This document shows positions 38,792-48,757 of a stretch of 53,725 nucleotides of DNA, in pieces (position 1 is the first letter of the stretch; every line of letters begins with the position of its first letter). The position numbers and the translations under genes were made by a program. Source of the stretch: Nitrospirota bacterium. Lineage in GTDB: Bacteria > Nitrospirota > Thermodesulfovibrionia > Thermodesulfovibrionales > JdFR-85. Under the pieces are notes generated by a model, which was given only the letters and a program-made list of their open reading frames with translations, was not told the DNA's origin and searched no databases. The stretch covers positions 1-53,725 of the forward strand of contig JAADIE010000097.1 of the NCBI GenBank assembly GCA_013151495.1, written 5' to 3'.

Positions 38792-39514
38792 TTGCCAGCC
38801 AGAGATAGACTGATTTTGGCCCTTGATGTAAACGATGCCGACTATGCCCTTGAGCTTGTCGATAGATTCGGCCAGTGGGTAAACACCTTCAAGGTGGGGT
38901 TGGAGCTATTTGTTTCTTCAGGGCCAGAGGTTATAGAAAAAATCCATCAAAAGGGCAAAAAGGTATTTCTTGACCTGAAGCTACATGACATACCCAATAC
39001 GGTTGCCAGAACCGCCCAGATGATTACCCGTATGCAGGTAGATATGTTCAATATACATGCCTCCGGTGGCATGGAGATGATGAAAAAGACAAGGGAAGCA
39101 GTGGTTGAGCTTTGCCTTAAAGAAAACCTCAAACGCCCAAAGATAATAGCAGTAACCGTACTTACCAGCATATCGCAGGAGGAGTTCAAGAAAGAGATGG
39201 GTTTTCAGCACAGTATAAAAACCCATGTTAAGCACCTTGCCTCCATGGCATACAAGGCCGGACTCGATGGTGTGGTTGCCTCTGGCCATGAGATTCAGGC
39301 AATCAGAGGGGTAACGGATGGAAACTTTATAATTATAACCCCGGGGATAAGACCCTCCTGGGCACCACCGGATGACCAGAAGCGTACCATGACACCCAAA
39401 GAGGCCATCCATAGCGGTGCAAACTACCTTGTTGTTGGAAGATCGGTTCTCAGGCAGCCCGAGCCTGAAAAGGCTATCGAGTTGATCTCGCTGGAGATTG
39501 TTACAGCACTATGA
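38792..39514 (+). CDS. pyrF: orotidine 5'-phosphate decarboxylase
   Basis: TTG start with AGGGAGG 4 nt upstream. LILALDV, FLDLKLHDIPNT and VVGRSV motifs. Confidence 0.9.
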   Translation: MPARDRLILALDVNDADYALELVDRFGQWVNTFKVGLELFVSSGPEVIEKIHQKGKKVFLDLKLHDIPNTVARTAQMITRMQVDMFNIHASGGMEMMKKTREAVVELCLKENLKRPKIIAVTVLTSISQEEFKKEMGFQHSIKTHVKHLASMAYKAGLDGVVASGHEIQAIRGVTDGNFIIITPGIRPSWAPPDDQKRTMTPKEAIHSGANYLVVGRSVLRQPEPEKAIELISLEIVTAL

Positions 39515-41043
39515 TACTGCAAAAACAACAGATCCATCCCGACAGGGATAGCTTTTTAAACCTGATAAAAGCATCTGATAAGATAGAGTTTCCTCCCCTG
39601 TATGTGGAGTTACCCTATAAATCGCCCTTTTATGTCTACGAGGCCATTAAGGCCCCGGGTGCTATACTGCTTGAGAGCATAAAAGGCACAGAAAAGATAG
39701 CCCGGTTTTCCTTCATCACCACCGAGTCCTTTCTTGAGTTCAAGGTAAAGGACTCCACAATAGAGATAATCAAAGAAGGCAGGCGTTCAATCTCAAACAG
39801 ACGGCCACTTACCCGTTTACGAGAGCTTCTTAGTGCCTATCCACAGAAAAAATCCAGGCAGTTACCGCCCTTTCAGGGCGGCCTTATCGGTCTGTTCAGC
39901 TACGACTTTGTCCACTACCTTGAAAGTCTTCCCCGCACTGCTGTAGATGACCTTCGAATACCAGATGCCCATTTTTATATGACCGACTCTGTCTTTGCAT
40001 TCGACCATCTTCATAAGAAGGCCTATGCAATTGTATGTCCTGGGGCAAGAATGATCAGCTTTGGCTTCAATCTGCCCTTTGAAAACCTGTGTCTGTCAGA
40101 CAGCGATTTTCTTGAAATCTACGACCAGGCAGAACAGAGGCTGTCAAAACTCACAGAGCTGTATAGCCAGGTCCCTTTCACAGAGCCCGAGCCCTTTATC
40201 CCACCCAAAAAGCAAAAAATTGACATAGTGCATGAACTTACCATGAATGACTACATGGATATGGTTAAAAAGGCAAAGGAGTACATAAGGGCAGGTGATA
40301 TCTTTCAGGCAAACCTCTCCCAGAGGCTTCATGCGGAAATAGAGGATAAAAAATCCTGGACCCTTTACAGTATATTAAGAAGTATAAATCCATCACCCTT
40401 TGCCTGTTATGCTGATTTTGGTAGTTATAAAGTGGTTGGCTCCTCCCCTGAAAGGTTGATCAGGCTTGTTGGCAATGTAGCCGAAACCCGTCCCATAGCC
40501 GGAACCCGTCCAAGACGTGGCACCAAAAGAGAGGATGAGTTAATGCGTACTGAGCTACTGCTTAATGAAAAGGAAAGGGCAGAACATATTATGCTGATAG
40601 ATCTTGAACGAAACGATCTTGGCAAGGTTTGCTCTTATGGCTCTGTGAGGGTGGATGAGCTGATGATTACCGAGGACTACTCTCATGTAATCCACATCGT
40701 ATCAAATGTTCGTGGTGAGCTTGTTAATGGACGCGATGCCTTTAGCCTCGTACGTGCCACCTTTCCAGGGGGCACAATAACAGGGGTTCCAAAGGTCAGA
40801 TGCATGGAGATAATAGATGAACTGGAGCCAACAGTAAGGGGCCCCTATACAGGCTCACTGGGGTATATCGGATTTAACGGAAACATGGATCTGAACATTG
40901 TAATCAGAACCTTTGTTATTAAAGACAATATCGCCTATGTGCAGGCCGGTGCTGGTATAGTGGCAGACTCGGATCCGGAAAGGGAGTATTTTGAAACCCT
41001 CAGGAAGGCAGAGGCCCTGCTAAGTACACTGGAGAGGCTTTAA
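39511..41043 (+). CDS. anthranilate synthase component I family protein (TrpE/PabB-type chorismate-utilising enzyme)
   Basis: LLES...FSF N-terminal motif, SPERL, IAGTRPRG, and FPGGTITGVPKVRCMEIIDELE...RGPYTGSLGYI C-terminal catalytic block. No adjacent amidotransferase subunit. ATGA overlap with pyrF. Confidence 0.85.
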   Translation: MILQKQQIHPDRDSFLNLIKASDKIEFPPLYVELPYKSPFYVYEAIKAPGAILLESIKGTEKIARFSFITTESFLEFKVKDSTIEIIKEGRRSISNRRPLTRLRELLSAYPQKKSRQLPPFQGGLIGLFSYDFVHYLESLPRTAVDDLRIPDAHFYMTDSVFAFDHLHKKAYAIVCPGARMISFGFNLPFENLCLSDSDFLEIYDQAEQRLSKLTELYSQVPFTEPEPFIPPKKQKIDIVHELTMNDYMDMVKKAKEYIRAGDIFQANLSQRLHAEIEDKKSWTLYSILRSINPSPFACYADFGSYKVVGSSPERLIRLVGNVAETRPIAGTRPRRGTKREDELMRTELLLNEKERAEHIMLIDLERNDLGKVCSYGSVRVDELMITEDYSHVIHIVSNVRGELVNGRDAFSLVRATFPGGTITGVPKVRCMEIIDELEPTVRGPYTGSLGYIGFNGNMDLNIVIRTFVIKDNIAYVQAGAGIVADSDPEREYFETLRKAEALLSTLERL

Positions 41044-41963
41044 CCAAACAGGAACCACCGTTTCTTAGTCTTGGCATTATCAATGGATTTCTTTATCGAA
41101 TCAAGTATTCCAAGGATTTCTTCTGTTTTTAAGGCCTCTTTTTCCATAAGGCTGTTGAGTCTGTCTATGGAGTCCCTTAGCTGATTTATGCTTTCCACAA
41201 CCTCTCTTAGTCCATCCTGGCTGAAGGCCGCTGTAGATACTGCTGGCTGTTCTGTAAGAGGTTGCTTCTCAGGTACCTCCTCCGCAGCAGCCTTTGGAAA
41301 GGGCTCGACCTTCTCCTCTTGAGGCTGTTCGGTCATGGTAGCGACCTCTTGGGAATCCCTTGTTTCGATATCTATTTTGTGTTTCTTTGAGATATGCTTT
41401 AGCAGAAGCTTGACAATTGCCTCGAAGGTCTCTTTAACGCCTCTTCCTTCTGTGGCAACAGATTCGAAAAAGGGCACCCCCATCTTGTTCAAATGGGCAT
41501 TTAGCTCGGTTAGTGACATTGCATTGTCTAAGTCTCTTTTGTTGTACTGTATAACCAGGGGAATATCATCAGGATTTATGTTGTTTGCAATCAGGTTTTC
41601 CCTCATATTCTCAAGGCTTTCAATGTTTTCCTGAAGTTTATCTCGCTGGGAGTCAGCCACAAAGACCACTGCATCAGCTCCCTTTAGAACCAGCCTTCTT
41701 GTGGCATTATATCTGACCTGGCCAGGTACAGTGTAAAGCTGGAACCTTATGGAAAAATCCTGGACCTTGCCAAGCTCTACTGGAAGAAAGTCAAAAAACA
41801 GTGTTCTGTCTGCCTCTGTTGAAAGCGAAAGGAGCTTGCCCCTTCTTTTAGGATCAAGTATTGAATGCAGGTACTGAAGATTGGTGGTCTTACCACTGAG
41901 GCCAGGACCATAATAAACTATCTTCAGGGTAATCTCTTTGGTAGCATAATTAAAAAGTGCCAT
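41040..41963 (-). CDS. mglA: MglA-family Ras-like small GTPase with a ~110-aa C-terminal extension
   Basis: The first ~195 aa are collinear with Myxococcus MglA as I remember it. Shared motifs are FNYATKEITLKIVYYGPGLSGKTTNLQY, STEADRTLFFDFLP, LYTVPGQV (MglA-type G3) and QYNKRDL (G4). A P/E/Q-rich linker, a coiled-coil and a terminal KKRWFLFG follow. Confidence 0.85.
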   Translation of the reverse strand: MALFNYATKEITLKIVYYGPGLSGKTTNLQYLHSILDPKRRGKLLSLSTEADRTLFFDFLPVELGKVQDFSIRFQLYTVPGQVRYNATRRLVLKGADAVVFVADSQRDKLQENIESLENMRENLIANNINPDDIPLVIQYNKRDLDNAMSLTELNAHLNKMGVPFFESVATEGRGVKETFEAIVKLLLKHISKKHKIDIETRDSQEVATMTEQPQEEKVEPFPKAAAEEVPEKQPLTEQPAVSTAAFSQDGLREVVESINQLRDSIDRLNSLMEKEALKTEEILGILDSIKKSIDNAKTKKRWFLFG

Positions 41964-41976
41964 AGGGACTCCTCTT

Positions 41977-43356
41977 TCAGATTATAACATATACACCGTT
42001 ACGGTTTTTATACTTTACCTTATACATGGCCTCGTCTGCAAGCCTCAGGAGCTCTTCCTTTGAGCGTGCCGTTTCTGGATAACAGGCAACACCAAAACTG
42101 GCAGTAATACGGATATTCAGCCCCTCGCTCTTCAGGAAAGTTGCCTCAGCTACAGTCTTTCTGAGTCGCTCGGCAATCATGGCTGCATACTTCGATGAGG
42201 TCTGAGGAAGAACTATAACAAACTCGTCACCACCATAGCGGGCAACAATATCAACCGATCTCAGTCTGCTTAGCAGCAACTGGGCAAGCTCAGTTAGCAG
42301 CTTGCTTCCCACAAGATGACCATACCGGTCGTTTACATCCTTGAAATGGTCAATGTCCATAAAAATTAAAGACACCGATGTATTGTATCTGTTTGATCTT
42401 TCAACCTCTATATCCAGCGTACGATTCAGGTAGCGGGAGTTGAAAAGCTTTGTAAGATCATCTGTTATAACAAGCTCCTCCAGCTTAAGCTGTAACATCA
42501 CCTTCTCCACAGCAACCGATAGCTGATCCTGTATCCTTGTTAGCATCAGCAGATCTTTTTTACTGAATTCACCCTTTCTTTTGTTTATCAGCTCCACAAC
42601 CGCAATAACCGAATTCGTACCAGAAAGCGGAAATACCAGTACCGATTCAGACTTCATTATTCGGTGTATACGCTCTTCTGCCTTTGACCGAATATCATCC
42701 CTCACATCCTCAATTATTAATGGCCTTGCCTTTTCAGCAACCCATCCGGCTATGCCTTCTCCTATCTGAAGCCTGACATCCTGTAGTTCCTTTCTCTTTA
42801 AGGAAGCAAGGGTAAGTACCAGTTCGTCTGTCTCAAAATCCTTTACAAAAACCACCCAATTTCTGACATCAAATACCCCTTTCAGGGTCTTCATCATCTC
42901 CACAAATAGATTATAGATATCATGGCTCTGTCTCATTATAGAGGTTATATTCTTCTGGATCTCAAGAAGGGAATTCAGTTCCCTGATCTCCTCTTTTAAA
43001 CGCTGTATCTCCTGGAGGGTCTCCTGCTGCTTCAGCAGTCGAAGGACCGCATTTTTTATCTCCTCCGGATTGCTATCAACTGTTTCTATCATCTCATCCT
43101 TTAAGTATAGAGGCTCCTTTGACTCGGCTTTGGTATAGACAACAAGTAGTGGGTATTGATCAAACCTTTTTTTTATCTTCCTGAAAAGCTGATAGTTTAG
43201 TATATCCCTCTTAACAACAAGCAGGCCTGGCTCAATCCTTTTGCTTATCAGTGAGGAAGGGGAGACCTTTGTAACTCTTCCAGGGGATAGGCTATCTAAG
43301 ATTGCATAAAGGTTGTCTCTGCCTTTTGCATTGGTTATGTAAGCAATATCAGGCAT
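41977..43356 (-). CDS. diguanylate cyclase with GAF sensor domain (GAF-GGDEF), N-terminal receiver-like region
   Basis: Intact RYGGDEF active site with an RSVD I-site exactly 5 residues upstream. A GAF-like block ([18 protein letters not shown]) follows a coiled-coil. The ATG overlaps the secA stop by 8 nt. Confidence 0.88.
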   Translation of the reverse strand: MPDIAYITNAKGRDNLYAILDSLSPGRVTKVSPSSLISKRIEPGLLVVKRDILNYQLFRKIKKRFDQYPLLVVYTKAESKEPLYLKDEMIETVDSNPEEIKNAVLRLLKQQETLQEIQRLKEEIRELNSLLEIQKNITSIMRQSHDIYNLFVEMMKTLKGVFDVRNWVVFVKDFETDELVLTLASLKRKELQDVRLQIGEGIAGWVAEKARPLIIEDVRDDIRSKAEERIHRIMKSESVLVFPLSGTNSVIAVVELINKRKGEFSKKDLLMLTRIQDQLSVAVEKVMLQLKLEELVITDDLTKLFNSRYLNRTLDIEVERSNRYNTSVSLIFMDIDHFKDVNDRYGHLVGSKLLTELAQLLLSRLRSVDIVARYGGDEFVIVLPQTSSKYAAMIAERLRKTVAEATFLKSEGLNIRITASFGVACYPETARSKEELLRLADEAMYKVKYKNRNGVYVII

Positions 43357-46027
43357 TTATTCCACAGCACTTCTTGTATTTCTTGCCACTTCCACATGGG
43401 CAGGGCTCGTTTCTGCCCACCTTTTTCTTCTTTTTTACAGGCTTTTTGGGCTCCTGGCCATTGCCACGATTGTAAACCAGTTGCCTTTCCTGTTTTCTTG
43501 ATATCTTTTCAGCCTCATCTTCGGTCTTTATCTGGACCTTGAATATACGGGTTAGTGTCTCCTGCTTTATCCTTTCCGACATCTCCATAAACATATCGTA
43601 AGCCTCACGTTTGTACTCAACCAGGGGGTCTTTCTGACCATAACCCCTGAGTCCTATACCCTCTTTCAGGTGGTCCATGGCAAGCAGGTGGTCTTTCCAC
43701 TGGTTGTCCACCACCTGAAGGGTGATTATCCTTTCAAGATATCTCATCAGGTCAGAGCCGATCTCTTTTTCCTTCTCTTCGTAAAACTCTTTTAGCCTCT
43801 TTATAATCTCCTCTTTAAGGGCCTCCTGCCCCTTGAACTCCTCAAGCCCTTCTATCTTTACACCAAAGATACCGTACAGGTTGTTCGAAAGCTCTTCATA
43901 CTCCCAGTACTCAGGATGCTGATCCTCAGGACAATACTCATAAACAAGTGCATCCACCACATCCTCAATCATCTCAAATATACGGTCTTTAAGGGAGTCT
44001 GCCGACAGGATCTCCTTCCTGAAACGGTATATCTCGGTTCTCTGTTTGTTCATTACATCATCATATTCAAGCAGGTGCTTACGAATCTCGAAGTTATGGG
44101 CCTCGACCCTGCGCTGTGCATTCTCTATCGCCCTGGTAACCATTCGGTTCTCAATAGGTACATCCTCATCCATTCCGAGCTTGTTCATAAGGCCTGAAAT
44201 CCGGTCGGAACCAAAAATTCGCATCAGGTCATCCTCGAGTGACAGGTAAAACCTGGATGAGCCAGGATCTCCCTGACGTCCTGAACGACCCCTCAGCTGG
44301 TTGTCTATCCTTCTTGCTTCATGTCTTTCTGTGCCAATAATATGAAGACCTCCTGCCTCGATCACCTTCTGGCGGTCTCTCTCGCAGATCTCTTTGGCCT
44401 TTCTCAGGGCCTCAGCCTTTTCCTCCTCGGTGGGGTCCTTTTTGTCTTTCAGGAACTCCCTTGCAAGTCCCTCAGGATTGCCACCAAGTATGATATCGGT
44501 ACCTCTACCTGCCATGTTTGTTGCTATTGTAACAGCGCCAGGACGGCCTGCCTGGGCAATTATCTCTGCCTCTTTTTCATGATACTTGGCATTCAGTACC
44601 GAGTGCTTTATACCCTTTTTCTTGAGCATCTTACTAAGTAGCTCTGATTTCTCTATGGATATGGTACCAACCAGCACCGGCTGGCCTCGCTTGTGACACT
44701 CCTCTATCTCCCTGATTACAGCCTTGAACTTGGCCCTTTCTGTCTTGTAGATTACATCCGGATGATCCACCCTTATCATGGGCTTGTTGGTTGGTACTAC
44801 CACTACATCCAGGTTATATATCTTTGCAAACTCCTCTGCCTCGGTGTCTGCTGTACCGGTCATGCCAGCCAGTTTCTTGTACATCCTGAAGTAGTTCTGG
44901 AATGTGATGGTTGCAAGGGTCTGGTTTTCACTTTCTATCTTTACACCTTCTTTGGCCTCGATGGCCTGGTGTAAACCATCAGACCAGCGCCTGCCCGGCA
45001 TCAGCCTACCTGTGAATTCATCAACAATAATCACCTTTCCATCCTTTACCACATAATCCACATCCCTTTTGAACAGGTGGTGAGCCTTAAGCCCCTGAAG
45101 CACATGATGAACCAAGTCTATATGGGCAGGGTCAAATAGATTGTCCACCCCGAGGAGTTTTTCAACCTTTATACTTCCCTCTTCGGTAAGGATAACGGTC
45201 TTTGCCTTTTCATCAATAGTAAAATCCACATCCTTTTTGAGCTTTGGGATTATCTTGTCTATTTTGTAGTACTTACCGACCGATTCCTCAGAGGGGCCTG
45301 AGATAATCAGAGGAGTTCTTGCCTCATCAATAAGGATGCTATCTACCTCGTCAACAATTGCATAGTTAAGCTCCCTCTGACAGTAGTCGTTTATATCATA
45401 TTTCATATTGTCCCTTAGATAGTCGAAACCGAACTCGTTATTGGTTCCATAGGTGATATCTGCGTTATAGGCCTCTTTCCTGCTACAGGGCCTTAAATGC
45501 TCATACCTACGGTCGTCTGATTTATATGTTGGGTCATAGAGAAAAGACTCCTCATGCTGAATAACACCAACCGAAAGTCCAAGGTGATGATAAATAGGCC
45601 CCATCCACTGGGCATCCCTTTTTGCAAGATAGTCATTAACCGTAACCACATGCACCCCTTTTCCTTCAAGGGCGTTGAGGTAAACCGGCAGGGTGGCAAC
45701 AAGGGTTTTTCCTTCACCGGTCTTCATCTCAGCAATCTTGCCCTCATGAAGCACTATGCCACCTATTAGCTGCACATCGAAGTGACGCATATTAAGCAGC
45801 CGTTTGGCAGTCTCCCTGACTACAGCAAAGGCCTCAAACAGCAGGTCATCCAGGGTTTCACCCTCCTGTAGCCGTTTCTTGAACTCCTCGGTCTTTCTGG
45901 CAAGCTCTGCATCACTTAAGGCAGCCACCTCTGGCTCAAGGGCATTTATCTTATGCACCATTGGCCAGAGACGCTTCAACTCACGCTCATTTTTTGTGCC
46001 AAAGACCTTTTTTAATATGGAAAGCAT
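43349..46027 (-). CDS. secA: preprotein translocase ATPase SecA
   Basis: 892 aa with [10 protein letters not shown] Walker [30 protein letters not shown], and a C-terminal [18 protein letters not shown] zinc motif. Confidence 0.98.
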   Translation of the reverse strand: MLSILKKVFGTKNERELKRLWPMVHKINALEPEVAALSDAELARKTEEFKKRLQEGETLDDLLFEAFAVVRETAKRLLNMRHFDVQLIGGIVLHEGKIAEMKTGEGKTLVATLPVYLNALEGKGVHVVTVNDYLAKRDAQWMGPIYHHLGLSVGVIQHEESFLYDPTYKSDDRRYEHLRPCSRKEAYNADITYGTNNEFGFDYLRDNMKYDINDYCQRELNYAIVDEVDSILIDEARTPLIISGPSEESVGKYYKIDKIIPKLKKDVDFTIDEKAKTVILTEEGSIKVEKLLGVDNLFDPAHIDLVHHVLQGLKAHHLFKRDVDYVVKDGKVIIVDEFTGRLMPGRRWSDGLHQAIEAKEGVKIESENQTLATITFQNYFRMYKKLAGMTGTADTEAEEFAKIYNLDVVVVPTNKPMIRVDHPDVIYKTERAKFKAVIREIEECHKRGQPVLVGTISIEKSELLSKMLKKKGIKHSVLNAKYHEKEAEIIAQAGRPGAVTIATNMAGRGTDIILGGNPEGLAREFLKDKKDPTEEEKAEALRKAKEICERDRQKVIEAGGLHIIGTERHEARRIDNQLRGRSGRQGDPGSSRFYLSLEDDLMRIFGSDRISGLMNKLGMDEDVPIENRMVTRAIENAQRRVEAHNFEIRKHLLEYDDVMNKQRTEIYRFRKEILSADSLKDRIFEMIEDVVDALVYEYCPEDQHPEYWEYEELSNNLYGIFGVKIEGLEEFKGQEALKEEIIKRLKEFYEEKEKEIGSDLMRYLERIITLQVVDNQWKDHLLAMDHLKEGIGLRGYGQKDPLVEYKREAYDMFMEMSERIKQETLTRIFKVQIKTEDEAEKISRKQERQLVYNRGNGQEPKKPVKKKKKVGRNEPCPCGSGKKYKKCCGINA

Positions 46028-46072
46028 AATTTAATCTTAAATAAACCCCATGCTTTTATGCAAGGATTCAGG

Positions 46073-47701
46073 TCACAAAATCCGCTGAAATTGCCTCCAG
46101 AGAAACTCCTTTTTTACACCAGCATCTATAAAATCCCATGGAAGTATCTCATCAAATGTACGCCTCCGGAAAAGGTAAAAATCCGGATTGAGTCCGTGGC
46201 TCTGCATGGTCTGCTGCCACCTGGAGGGCTCAGCTTTCGAATAGGTTAATAACCTTATAAGGCGTCTGTCACCCCTTGCAAGCACACCCTGAAGATAGGC
46301 ATATTTCACCACATCATGAAGCACATTAACACTACGCTCTGTTTTAAAGGCATCCTTTATTATCTTCAGTCGTCTCTTGGCCGTAGATGCCTCAACCATT
46401 GGAAGCCATTGAAAGGGCGTAAAAGGTTTTGGAACAAAGGTACTTATGCTGAGGGTAATACGCCCCCTGGAAGATGTACGACGGATCTTTTTAACCAGAT
46501 TAACAATCTCCATAATATCCTCATCTGTCTCCGTTGGCAGCCCGATCATGAAATAAAGCCGTAAGACCTCGATACCCTCAGACAGTATGCGCTCTGATAT
46601 TCTGAGGATATCCTCTTCCTTTATTTTTTTATTAATAATATCTCTGAGTCTCTGCGAGCCTGCCTCCGGGGCAATGGAAATGCTCCTTTTACCCTTCAGA
46701 AGGCAAAGCAGCTCCTCTGTGCGCCTGTTTGCCCTTACAGAGGTAATCGAAAAACTAACATCCTCTCGCTGGAGGGCCTCTTTTATATATCTATAATCCG
46801 ACAGGGAAGGTCCAATAAGCCCTACCCTCAGGCCTCGTTTTTTTGCCTTGTCAATCTGGGCCTTCAGGCTCTCAAACTCCCTTTGCCTTGGTGGATTATA
46901 TATATGCCCTGCCAAACAGAACCTGCAGCTATGCACACAGCCTCGCATGGCCTCAATCAGCATCATATCAGCAAATTCTGTATTGTGGGTTGTAATCACA
47001 TGCTCAACCGCCCTGTCTATATCATCAAGGGTCATTTTCGTGATTATTTCGGGTGCCTCTCTTATTGCCCTTCGTTTTCTGATGGTACCATCTTCGTTGT
47101 ATTCGATCTCATAAAAGGATGGAACATAAAAGCCCTGTTTTGATGCAATCTCTTTAAGAAACTCTTCCCTGTCAGCTGCTTTTTTGAAGATATCAACCAT
47201 ATCAAGAAGTCCTGGTTCAGCCTCTCCAACATAAACCAGATCAAACATATCGGCAAGAGGTTCGGGATTAAAGGAGGCGCACACCCCTCCAAGAAGTAAA
47301 ATAGGATCGGTTGCATCTCTTTGCTTTGTCAGTAGCGGTATTCTCGAAAGTCTTAGTATTTCTGGAATATGAAGATAATCATTTTCAAAGGATACAGAAA
47401 ATGCAACAATATCGAACTCCTTAAGGGGCCTTTTAGATTCATACGAAAAAAGCACAGAGTTGGTTCTTTCATATTCCCTGAGGTCTTCCCTGTCGGGCAG
47501 GAAGGACCTTTCACAAACCACATCAGCCCGGCTATTAAGCAATCCGTAAACGCCCTGAAAACCAAGGTTGGACATACCAATATGGTAGGTATTTGGATAG
47601 ACAAGACAGATATTCAGTCTGCCACCCGGGTCCTTGTAAACACAACCCTGCTCTGCCCGAAGAAGCTCGTCAATCTTTTTTATTAGCCTCCTGCTAATCA
47701 C
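46073..47701 (-). CDS. B12-binding-domain radical SAM protein (uncharacterised TIGR03960-like family)
   Basis: CVHSCRFC CxxxCxxC cluster motif, a PNTYHIGMSNLGFQ N-terminal motif and an LPWDFIDAGVKKEFL C-terminal motif. Confidence 0.75.
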   Translation of the reverse strand: MISRRLIKKIDELLRAEQGCVYKDPGGRLNICLVYPNTYHIGMSNLGFQGVYGLLNSRADVVCERSFLPDREDLREYERTNSVLFSYESKRPLKEFDIVAFSVSFENDYLHIPEILRLSRIPLLTKQRDATDPILLLGGVCASFNPEPLADMFDLVYVGEAEPGLLDMVDIFKKAADREEFLKEIASKQGFYVPSFYEIEYNEDGTIRKRRAIREAPEIITKMTLDDIDRAVEHVITTHNTEFADMMLIEAMRGCVHSCRFCLAGHIYNPPRQREFESLKAQIDKAKKRGLRVGLIGPSLSDYRYIKEALQREDVSFSITSVRANRRTEELLCLLKGKRSISIAPEAGSQRLRDIINKKIKEEDILRISERILSEGIEVLRLYFMIGLPTETDEDIMEIVNLVKKIRRTSSRGRITLSISTFVPKPFTPFQWLPMVEASTAKRRLKIIKDAFKTERSVNVLHDVVKYAYLQGVLARGDRRLIRLLTYSKAEPSRWQQTMQSHGLNPDFYLFRRRTFDEILPWDFIDAGVKKEFLWRQFQRIL

Positions 47702-47800
47702 GAAACTATTATAACAGTTGCCACTACATGATAAGACTTTAATTTTACTTAAAAAAGCCCTGTTGTGATATGATAAATAGTTAAAACGGAGCCAGGCACA

Positions 47801-48748
47801 ATGAAGAAAAGGATTAAACCAATTTCTCTCAAAAAGGTTAAACGCTATTCGGTTAAAGGCCGAAAGAGCAAGGTCGATGCCTCCTGCCTGGGTACACCCC
47901 TTTCAAAGGACAGTACCATCGAGGATTTCATATCATCACTGCCGGATGTACTTGCAGCAAAAGACCTGAAAGAGGTTGTTCAGGCGATTGTAAAGGCAAG
48001 AAAGCAGGACAAACAGGTGGTTTTAGCAATGGGTGCACACCCTATAAAGGTTGGTCTGTCACCAATAATTATAGATCTAATGAATAGCGGAATTATTACC
48101 GCTATAGCAACCAATGGTGCAGCCATTGTTCATGACTTCGAAATAGCCTATGCAGGACATACCTCAGAGGATGTTGCCGAAAGCATAGTGAATGGTTCCT
48201 TTGGGATGGCTAAAGAGACTGCCCAGCTTCTTAACAGGGCGATCAAGCAGGGGGCTAAAAAATCAAAGGGAATTGGTTACTCGGTAGGAGAGTTAATCGC
48301 AAAGGGAAGAGGCTTTGCGAATCGTCAATTAAGCATTTTCTACAATGCCTATAAACTACAGATTCCTGCAACAGTACATGTAGCCATTGGGACTGATATT
48401 ATTCATATGCACCCTGAGTGCGATGGTTCAGCAGTGGGTAAGGCAAGCCATCTGGATTTTCGTCTTTTTACATCGGTAATCTCCGAACTGGATGGTGGTG
48501 TTTTTATAAATTTAGGTTCTGCTGTATTGATACCAGAGGTATTTCTAAAGGCTATTACCCTTTCGAGAAACCTTGGCAACAGGGTACAGAACATTACCAC
48601 CGTTACAATGGACTTCATGCGACACTACAGACCAGCGGTAAATGTAGTTCACAGGCCAACCCTTTCGGGAGGTAGAGGCTACTACCTTGTAGGACATCAC
48701 GAAATAATGTTTCCGCTGCTTGCTGCGGCAGTAAAGAATTCACTTTAG
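47801..48748 (+). CDS. conserved hypothetical; possibly a deoxyhypusine synthase-like (DHS fold) family protein
   Basis: 315-aa ORF. Segments VVLAMGAHPIKVGLSPIIIDLMNSGIITAIATNGAAIVHDFE and FINLGSAVLIPE resemble the Rossmann-type DHS layout by eye only. It sits 9 nt upstream of argD. Confidence 0.4.
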   Translation: MKKRIKPISLKKVKRYSVKGRKSKVDASCLGTPLSKDSTIEDFISSLPDVLAAKDLKEVVQAIVKARKQDKQVVLAMGAHPIKVGLSPIIIDLMNSGIITAIATNGAAIVHDFEIAYAGHTSEDVAESIVNGSFGMAKETAQLLNRAIKQGAKKSKGIGYSVGELIAKGRGFANRQLSIFYNAYKLQIPATVHVAIGTDIIHMHPECDGSAVGKASHLDFRLFTSVISELDGGVFINLGSAVLIPEVFLKAITLSRNLGNRVQNITTVTMDFMRHYRPAVNVVHRPTLSGGRGYYLVGHHEIMFPLLAAAVKNSL

Positions 48749-48757
48749 GGAGGCTTA

